DNA of 64,000 bases from positions 43-64,042 of the forward strand of contig CAMNIU010000195.1 in NCBI GenBank assembly GCA_946540605.1. The letters are read 5' to 3'. This stretch comes from an uncultured Treponema sp. GTDB taxonomy: Bacteria; Spirochaetota; Spirochaetia; Treponematales; Treponemataceae. Position numbers and translations under genes: made by a program. This document shows, piece after piece, positions 57,664 through 64,000 of the stretch (the stretch's first letter is position 1; each line of letters opens with the position of its first letter). A model generated the notes under the pieces. It saw only the letters and a list, made by a program, of their open reading frames with translations. It was not told the origin of the DNA and searched no databases.

Positions 57664-58473
57664 ATGAAAGCTAATGAAAAACAGTTAATCTATACCCTTC
57701 TCAAAACTGCAGATGCTTATGAATGCGGATACACACGGGATAAATTTGCCAGTATGCCTGAATTTGAGGATGATGTTGAAACTGAAGTACAGATGTCCGG
57801 GTCAAACCCGAACATGACAAATAATGTAAGTCATAACTTGACAAATAATGCAAGTCATAACATTACACAAGAATCTATTCCGAATATGACACAAGATTCA
57901 ACCATAAGTCCACTTTCTCTTGATGAACTTAATGCTAAAATTCTCCGCTGTACACGTTGTGGACTGGCTCGCACTCGAAATAATGTTGTTCCAGGAATGG
58001 GAGTTCAGAATCCTGAAGTTCTTGTTGTTGGCGAAGGACCGGGACATGACGAGGATATGCAGGGATTACCATTTGTTGGAAAAGCCGGAGTTCTTCTTGA
58101 CCGTATGCTTGCTGCAATCGGACTTGACCGTAAGACAAACTGTTATATTGCAAATATTGTAAAATGTCGTCCTCCAGAAAACAGAAATCCATTTCCTGAT
58201 GAACAGTCTGCCTGCTTCAGTTTTCTTGAAGCACAAATTCATATCTTAAAGCCAAAGATGATTTTATGCATGGGAAAAATTGCGATAGAAAAAATCACAG
58301 GTCAGAGCATTGCAATTACGCAAAAGCACGGTGAGTTTTTCGAATACAATGGTATTCCTGTTATGCCAACTTATCATCCTAGTGCCTTACTTCGTAATGA
58401 AGAATTAAAACGACCAGCCTGGGAAGATCTTAAGAAATTCAAAAAACGTCTCGACGAAATCAGAGCTAACTAA
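57664..58473 (+). CDS. Uracil-DNA glycosylase family 4
   Basis: CTRCGL (Fe-S), VGEGPG..ED..G.PFVG.AG, NIVKCRPPENR, TYHPSALLR. Confidence 0.93.
   Translation: MKANEKQLIYTLLKTADAYECGYTRDKFASMPEFEDDVETEVQMSGSNPNMTNNVSHNLTNNASHNITQESIPNMTQDSTISPLSLDELNAKILRCTRCGLARTRNNVVPGMGVQNPEVLVVGEGPGHDEDMQGLPFVGKAGVLLDRMLAAIGLDRKTNCYIANIVKCRPPENRNPFPDEQSACFSFLEAQIHILKPKMILCMGKIAIEKITGQSIAITQKHGEFFEYNGIPVMPTYHPSALLRNEELKRPAWEDLKKFKKRLDEIRAN
57791..57900 (+). repeat. Intragenic REP-like copy followed by 24-bp tandem repeats in the UDG linker
   Basis: AGATGTCCGGGTCAAACCCGAACATGACA (57791-57819), then units encoding MTNNVSHN/LTNNASHN/ITQESIPN/MTQDS. Confidence 0.65.
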
Positions 58474-58485
58474 CGGCAGGTAGTT

Positions 58486-60516
58486 ATGCAATATCTGGAA
58501 GTAATTCTAAATCTGCCTGTAAATCAGGGCTTTACCTATTCATATATTCCTCCAGAAAAAGAAAAGCCTGAGCTTGTTCCAGAAATTGGAAAACGTGCCG
58601 AAATTATGTTCGGCAACAAAAAAACTCAGGGTTTTATTATAAACATTCAAGATACAATTCCTGCAAACTGTCCGGTAGAGCCCGGAAAAATTAAACCAAT
58701 TAAACGTGTCATTGATAAAGAGCCTTTATTTGGAAAAGAACTTATTGAAATGGCAAGCTGGGTTTCGCGCTATTATTTATGTACACTTGGAGAAGCTGTT
58801 TTTTCTATGATTCCAAGCGGTAGACGAGAAACCAGTGCCGGTGGCTTTGGATTTGAAGAAGAAGTTGGTCAAAAGAAAAGGACTGAGTTATCCTCTGAAC
58901 AGGCTCAGGCTGTTGAGGAGATTTTAAGTGCCAGTGGATTGCTTAATCGCTTTGCTCCTCGCAATGACGATGGTTCATCCTTTTTCCATTACCTCTACGG
59001 ACCAACTGGTTCTGGTAAAACTGAAGTCTTTCTTTCACTTGCCGAAAAGATTCTCGAAACCGGAAAAGGTGTTATTTACCTTGTCCCTGAAATTGGATTA
59101 ACTGCACAGGTCGTACAGTCTGTACGTGAACGTTTTGGAAATACTGCTGCAGTTCTTCACTCCGGGCTTACCCCATCACAAAGACTAACCGAATGGCACA
59201 GAATCATGCATAAAGAAGCCCGGGTTGTAGTTGGTGCTCGTTCTGCAGTTTTTGCTCCGGTTCCAGATTTGGGGCTTATAATAATTGATGAAGAACACGA
59301 TGGTTCTTATAAATCCGGTAATAATCCGCGCTATCATGCAAGACAGGTTGCAATGCACCGATGTACTACACAAAAAATTCCTTTACTTATGGGAAGTGCA
59401 ACCCCAAGCGTAGAAGCCTGGTATGGCATGCAGACTGGTTCAATAATCCGTCATACCCTTACCAAACGCCTTGCCGGTGGACAGATGCCACATATCTCAT
59501 GCATAGATCTTTCTTATTTTCCAAGTGATGGATGCATTTCTAAACCGCTGGAAGAACAGATAAATAAAACTCTTGAAAAAAAACATCAGGTGATTTTATT
59601 TATGAACCGCAGAGGATTTACACATTTTTTCCGCTGCAACCAGTGTGGTTTTGAACTCAAATGCAAAAACTGTTCTGTTCCATTAACTTATCACAAGGTA
59701 GAAAATCGCCTTCGCTGTCACTATTGTGGATGGTCTACTTTTCCACCCGAAAGCTGTCCTCAATGCGGTTCTTTTGATATTGGCAGTTCAGGTTTTGGTA
59801 CTGAATTTATAGAAGCAGAAACCCGTGCAAAATTTCCAAATGCCCGCATCGTTCGTCTCGATACTGATGTTCTAAAAAATAAAGAAGAACTCATTACGAC
59901 TCTTGAAGATTTTCGCAATGGAAAATATGACATAATGCTTGGAACCCAGATGGTTGCAAAAGGACTTAATTTTCCGAAGCTGGAGCTTGTAGGTGTTATT
60001 CTTGCAGATGCCGGCCTTCACATGCCGGATTTCCGTGCGGGAGAAAGAACTTTTTCTTTAATTACTCAGGTTGCGGGTCGTGCCGGCCGTTATTTCCCTG
60101 ATGGAAAGGTTATTGTTCAAACCTACAGCCCTGGAAAAGGACCAGTCCTATTTGCCTGTCAGAACAGGATTGAAGATTTTTACGGAACTGAATTAGCAGA
60201 ACGCGAAATGTTGGATTTTCCGCCATTCAGCCGTTTACTGCGCTTAGTTTTCCGAAGTTTTAATAAAACACTGGCTGCAGAAACTGCTCGTGATGCTGTA
60301 CGAATTTTAAGTGACGGTGCACCACGCGGAATGGAAATTATCGGACCTGCAGAATGTCCTATTGAAAAAATAAATTCTTCTTGGAGATATCAGATTTTAT
60401 TAAAGGGAAGTTCAATTATTCCTTTGCAGACTGCGGCAAGAAAACTTCTCTTTGATTATACTCATAATCAGAATGTTTATATTGAATACGATGTGGATCC
60501 GGTGAGTTTACTATAG
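58486..60516 (+). CDS. priA: Primosomal protein N' (replication restart helicase)
   Basis: GPTGSGKTEV, LVPEIGLT, DEEHDGSYK, SATPS, Zn fingers CNQC/CKNC/CHYC/CPQC, GTQMVAKGLNF, QVAGRAGR. Confidence 0.97.
   Translation: MQYLEVILNLPVNQGFTYSYIPPEKEKPELVPEIGKRAEIMFGNKKTQGFIINIQDTIPANCPVEPGKIKPIKRVIDKEPLFGKELIEMASWVSRYYLCTLGEAVFSMIPSGRRETSAGGFGFEEEVGQKKRTELSSEQAQAVEEILSASGLLNRFAPRNDDGSSFFHYLYGPTGSGKTEVFLSLAEKILETGKGVIYLVPEIGLTAQVVQSVRERFGNTAAVLHSGLTPSQRLTEWHRIMHKEARVVVGARSAVFAPVPDLGLIIIDEEHDGSYKSGNNPRYHARQVAMHRCTTQKIPLLMGSATPSVEAWYGMQTGSIIRHTLTKRLAGGQMPHISCIDLSYFPSDGCISKPLEEQINKTLEKKHQVILFMNRRGFTHFFRCNQCGFELKCKNCSVPLTYHKVENRLRCHYCGWSTFPPESCPQCGSFDIGSSGFGTEFIEAETRAKFPNARIVRLDTDVLKNKEELITTLEDFRNGKYDIMLGTQMVAKGLNFPKLELVGVILADAGLHMPDFRAGERTFSLITQVAGRAGRYFPDGKVIVQTYSPGKGPVLFACQNRIEDFYGTELAEREMLDFPPFSRLLRLVFRSFNKTLAAETARDAVRILSDGAPRGMEIIGPAECPIEKINSSWRYQILLKGSSIIPLQTAARKLLFDYTHNQNVYIEYDVDPVSLL
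58936..58968 (+). repeat. In-frame REP-like element inside priA
   Basis: GGATTGCTTAATCGCTTTGCTCCTCGCAATGAC, encoding GLLNRFAPRND; homologous to the intergenic repeat at 60519-60553. Confidence 0.7.
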
Positions 60517-60518
60517 AT

Positions 60519-60612
60519 AGATTGCTTCGTCGCCTTCGGCGCCTCGCAATGACAATAACATTACTGACGTTTCGCAATGACGTCATTGCGAGCACGTAGT
60601 GCGAAGCAATCT
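60519..60612. repeat. REP-like palindromic cluster between convergent priA and truA
   Basis: AGATTGCTTCG...CTCGCAATGAC and inverted GTCATTGCGAG...CGAAGCAATCT; perfect 20-bp palindrome TCGCAATGACGTCATTGCGA at 60572-60591. Confidence 0.8.
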
Positions 60613-60613
60613 A

Positions 60614-61426
60614 TTATACATGTCGTCTGATTCCATCAAATTTTATTTCGTATAAAAACAATCCGTTTGGTGGTGCGGTAACGCCGGCTTTTGTTCTATC
60701 ATGTGCATCCAAAATTTTCTGCATTGAATCTTCAGGAGCACCTTCTTTATCCAGATTTACAAGTGTACCAGTCAATGTTCTAACCATCTTCCATAAAAAG
60801 GCATTTGCTTCAATTTCAAAAACTAAGAGATCTTTGCCCCATCGGTCTTTTTGCAAAAAGAATCTGGCACCATCTATGTAACGATTGTTTGAAACACTGT
60901 CATCTCCACTAGCTGCAAAGGATGAACAGTCAAGTTCACCGTGTAGACATTCACAGTATTTATTAAGACGTTCCAGATCAGGTACATAATTTTTTACACG
61001 CCAGCAGAATCGTAAATTATCGGCAGTAACGTTTCCATTTAAATCTGTAGAAATAAAATAACGGTAAACACGGCTTGTAGCAGATTTACGAGCACTAAAA
61101 TCTTCGGGCACTTCGCGGGCATCAACAATTCTAACATCATCCGGCAAAAAAGCATTAAGAGCACGAACATAGTTTTCAGCAGGAATTGAATCAAAAGGAG
61201 AATAAAAATTTGCTGCCTGCCCTACTGCATGAACACCACTATCAGTACGGCCGGAACCATAAAGAGTCGTTTTTTGTTTATGAACTTTTTCGAGGGCTTT
61301 TTCTACTTCTCCCTGAACGGTTCTGTTTGCCTCGCCGCCATCTGCATCATCTTGCCGCTGCCAGCCACAAAAATCAGTACCATCATAAGAAATTGTGAGA
61401 AGAATATTTCTAGAACTCATCGTCAT
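60614..61426 (-). CDS. truA: tRNA pseudouridine(38-40) synthase
   Basis: SYDGTDFCGWQRQ, GSGRTDSGVHA, ANAFLWKMVR, TAPPNGLFL. Confidence 0.97.
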   Translation of the reverse strand: MTMSSRNILLTISYDGTDFCGWQRQDDADGGEANRTVQGEVEKALEKVHKQKTTLYGSGRTDSGVHAVGQAANFYSPFDSIPAENYVRALNAFLPDDVRIVDAREVPEDFSARKSATSRVYRYFISTDLNGNVTADNLRFCWRVKNYVPDLERLNKYCECLHGELDCSSFAASGDDSVSNNRYIDGARFFLQKDRWGKDLLVFEIEANAFLWKMVRTLTGTLVNLDKEGAPEDSMQKILDAHDRTKAGVTAPPNGLFLYEIKFDGIRRHV

Positions 61427-62285
61427 TTACTATCTTCGAAAGATTATCATAAAGATTTCTTGCATGTTCCAGCAAAGGTCCAGGTTTATTTTTAGAAGAT
61501 TTACCGAGTCCGAAAATACGGGCAATTGCAGTTTTTGATTCATTTAGTTTTTTCAATCGTAACTGAATATCATCCTGCTGACCATATTTATATTCAAGAA
61601 GTCCACACAAATAAATTACACCATCCCAACCGTAGTTCTTATCGATATCTGGTCCCATATTATTTAATGTAGAACTTTTTTCAACTCGTTCAGTTTCATT
61701 TATAACAGCCTGCTGATAGAAAAACAAAGCCTTGCTGTAAAACATTTTCGAAATCAAATCAAAATTATGACCGGCACAATGCTGATTTATTTCTGCAGTG
61801 AGCCACGCAAGTCTGAGGGTAATAATTGCCTTCTTCATTGTTGGCAGAGCATATGCCCCCATATCATCATATGTCTGAAGTGCAAGATAATACATTGCAG
61901 TTCCATCATACAAAGAGCGTTCATGTTTGAGATTATAATATGGGAAGATTTCTTCGCAATTTTTATTACGTTTTTCTGAGTGTTCATAAAGTTTATCGGC
62001 ATCATCCGGATCCATTTTTTCTGTAAAATCATTCCAGAAAAGTGCTGTATAACAATTTGGACAAACTCCGATTTCATAAATAAGAGGATAGATTCGGCCG
62101 AATTTTGCAGAAGGTTCATAAATACGATGAAGTTCTTCTGTGAGTCCACCGGCAATCATACGACCATTACCGCTGCGCATAACTTCGCGTTCAAAGTCTT
62201 TTTTACAAACCGGACATTTTACCTTATCTTTTGACCAGTATGAAATTCCGACTTTTTTTTCAGGACCTTTTTTTGATGAAGCCAT
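61410..62285 (-). CDS. DUF2225 family protein
   Basis: CPVC...CPNC Zn-ribbon followed by TPR-like helices (LRLAWL); usual spirochaete neighbour of acpS/truA. Confidence 0.75.
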   Translation of the reverse strand: MASSKKGPEKKVGISYWSKDKVKCPVCKKDFEREVMRSGNGRMIAGGLTEELHRIYEPSAKFGRIYPLIYEIGVCPNCYTALFWNDFTEKMDPDDADKLYEHSEKRNKNCEEIFPYYNLKHERSLYDGTAMYYLALQTYDDMGAYALPTMKKAIITLRLAWLTAEINQHCAGHNFDLISKMFYSKALFFYQQAVINETERVEKSSTLNNMGPDIDKNYGWDGVIYLCGLLEYKYGQQDDIQLRLKKLNESKTAIARIFGLGKSSKNKPGPLLEHARNLYDNLSKIVNDDEF

Positions 62286-62296
62286 AAAATCCCCCT

Positions 62297-62671
62297 TTAC
62301 CTTTTTTCCAAAATAACAAAAGCCACGGCATATTCTTTTTCATGGCTCAAGCTCACAAAAGCAGTGCATTCACCAAAGCGTTCTTTCATCAGCGAAAGTG
62401 CAGCACCTTCTATATTCAGCAATGGTTTTCCTTCGCTATCTTTTGTTATATAAACATCTTTTAAATTAAAACCTGTAATGCCGGTTCCCAAAGCTTTTGA
62501 AAACGCTTCTTTGGCTGCAAACCTTGCTGCATAATGCTGACACTGAGAAGCAATACTTCCAGAAAAGCCGCGTTCTTTTTCATTAAAAAAACGTTCCAGC
62601 ATAGCAGGATTTTGTACCCACTTTTCAAAGCGATGAACTTCAGTAATGTCAGTTCCAATTCCTGCAATCAT
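62297..62671 (-). CDS. acpS: Holo-[acyl-carrier-protein] synthase
   Basis: GIGTDI, AARFAAKEAFSKALGTG, GKP, VSLSHE. Confidence 0.96.
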   Translation of the reverse strand: MIAGIGTDITEVHRFEKWVQNPAMLERFFNEKERGFSGSIASQCQHYAARFAAKEAFSKALGTGITGFNLKDVYITKDSEGKPLLNIEGAALSLMKERFGECTAFVSLSHEKEYAVAFVILEKR

Positions 62672-63654
62672 CAGTTTTCTGCCTCAACAGCTTCATCTTC
62701 CTCTTCTTCTCCCGGCTTTCGAATAACCGTAAATGTAATTTCATCATCAGATTTTTCTACAAGCTGGAAGTTTGCAGGAATTACATAACGAAGTGGCAGT
62801 TCGTAAGTTCCCTCTTCTTTTATATCATAAAGATTAAGCTGAACAGCGTGTTTTGAAGGAATATAATTTTCAAGCACAGGCATTGCCCCAGAAAGTTTAA
62901 TTGAAACAAGAGGCAATGGCTCTGCTAATTCAAAAGAAGTATCCAGATATAATGCTTCAATCTTTAATGAATCAAATTCTTTTTCGATAATCTTAGGCTT
63001 AACTGATACTTCTGCCTTAAACGGGCCTTCATCTACAACCGTAAGAAGTTTGTTTAACTGCTGATAAGAGGTTTCTGTTGAAAAATTAGTTTCTGCATTA
63101 GAAACATTAAGTCTTGTTGTATAAATCTGTTCGGTAGCATTTACAATAGATTCTGGTCCTATAATTTCGATTGTTGAAGGACTCATTGTAATGGAATCAA
63201 TTTCATAACCATTGGCTACTTCACCAATTACAGATGGAACAAGTGGTACATACTTTATAGCCTTTCTGTCAACATCAATTGTTACAGTATCATCCTTTAT
63301 TTTTACTTCAAAAGGATCATACTCCATAAGATTTTCTGAAAGAGATATTTTTACAGGAAGCTTATAAGTTCCCTTCTGGGTAATATCATCAAGACAAATG
63401 GATGCAGAAAGATCGGAAGGCAGAACTGATTTTATAGTTTCCTCACCTGCCCTTATGACAACTGAAACTGATTTTGGTGCGTTTCCAATCTGCATTACAA
63501 TTCCATTTTCGATGATATTAAGCGGAACGACAACAGTTTTTGATTCAATCAGGGAAGCTTGATGAAAGAAATATAAGAATATTGCAATAATAAGGCAGAC
63601 AACCTTTGCAGGCCATTTATCGAGGATTTTATCTAGCAAACGTTTTGTGTTCAT
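62671..63654 (-). CDS. cdaR: CdaR/YbbR-like regulator of diadenylate cyclase
   Basis: NW..K...L.IAI.L N-terminal TM and YbbR repeats (PSTIEIIGP); downstream of the DAC gene. Confidence 0.85.
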   Translation of the reverse strand: MNTKRLLDKILDKWPAKVVCLIIAIFLYFFHQASLIESKTVVVPLNIIENGIVMQIGNAPKSVSVVIRAGEETIKSVLPSDLSASICLDDITQKGTYKLPVKISLSENLMEYDPFEVKIKDDTVTIDVDRKAIKYVPLVPSVIGEVANGYEIDSITMSPSTIEIIGPESIVNATEQIYTTRLNVSNAETNFSTETSYQQLNKLLTVVDEGPFKAEVSVKPKIIEKEFDSLKIEALYLDTSFELAEPLPLVSIKLSGAMPVLENYIPSKHAVQLNLYDIKEEGTYELPLRYVIPANFQLVEKSDDEITFTVIRKPGEEEEDEAVEAEN

Positions 63655-64000
63655 CTACAGTATCCTCCAGTACCTGAGCTTCGGAAGTAATTTCAAGAAG
63701 ATTTTCCAGAATCTTTCGAACTTCTTCAAGAGAAAGGTCATAATTTAATTTTGAATCATATGCAAGAGAAAGTGCACCAGTTTCTTCGGAAACAACCAGA
63801 ACAACTGCATCTGAAACTTCAGAAAGGCCAAGGGCGGCACGATGACGCGTACCAAAAGTTTTTTTGATTGTATAGTTTTCTGAAGTTGGAAGGAAGCAGC
63901 CCGCAGCAATTAACTTTCCGCCTTGAATAAAGCAGGCACCATCATGAAGCGAAGTATCTTTTCCAAAAATAGTCATCAAAAGACTTGAAGAAAGATCTGC
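63629..64000 (-). CDS. cdaA: Diadenylate cyclase CdaA (3' part; start lies outside the window)
   Basis: LHDGA and GTRHRAALGLSE..DA...VVSEETG DAC motifs. Confidence 0.93.
   Translation of the reverse strand, partial: ADLSSSLLMTIFGKDTSLHDGACFIQGGKLIAAGCFLPTSENYTIKKTFGTRHRAALGLSEVSDAVVLVVSEETGALSLAYDSKLNYDLSLEEVRKILENLLEITSEAQVLEDTVDEHKTFAR

Noticed and set aside
57814-57900. CRISPR-like array
   Set aside because: Contiguous in-frame 24-bp coding repeats without unique spacers; no cas genes in the window

Overview
This is an AT-rich chromosomal window from a spirochaete, most likely a gut or rumen Treponema. That assignment is inferred from gene content and order: hemW-lepB-smpB, upp...ileS next to a TP0453-like lipoprotein, tandem Maf/DUF115 genes, and cdaA-cdaR-acpS-DUF2225-truA. 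Housekeeping blocks occupy about 1-24 kb and 56.4-64 kb. Between them is a ~32-kb accessory locus (about 24.1-56.4 kb) of two convergent arms. The + arm is gspD-gspE-gspF. The - arm encodes a 453-aa secreted protein, a 4971-aa secreted Ig/beta-repeat giant, a ~1055-aa secreted protein with a degenerate and an intact NlpC/P60 domain, a secreted YARHG protein, a cytoplasmic DUF4062 protein, then gspG/I/J/K/L/M-like genes, a TPR lipoprotein and a minimal prepilin peptidase. The best candidate for an undescribed system is this type II secretion system with co-encoded cargo: a giant scaffold or adhesin plus a candidate peptidoglycan-hydrolase effector and YARHG immunity protein. The locus is bracketed by the same two palindromic boxes (TGTGACA[A/G]ATGTCA and AAAATAACCAAGGTTA). 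gspF appears to start at ATT, and gspD and gspG look leaderless. Also present are a 176-bp MITE-like hairpin beside smpB and REP-like palindromes, two of them read in frame inside priA and the uracil-DNA glycosylase gene. No rRNA, tRNA, CRISPR array, integrase or transposase was seen. All functional calls come from motif recognition by eye, without database searches.
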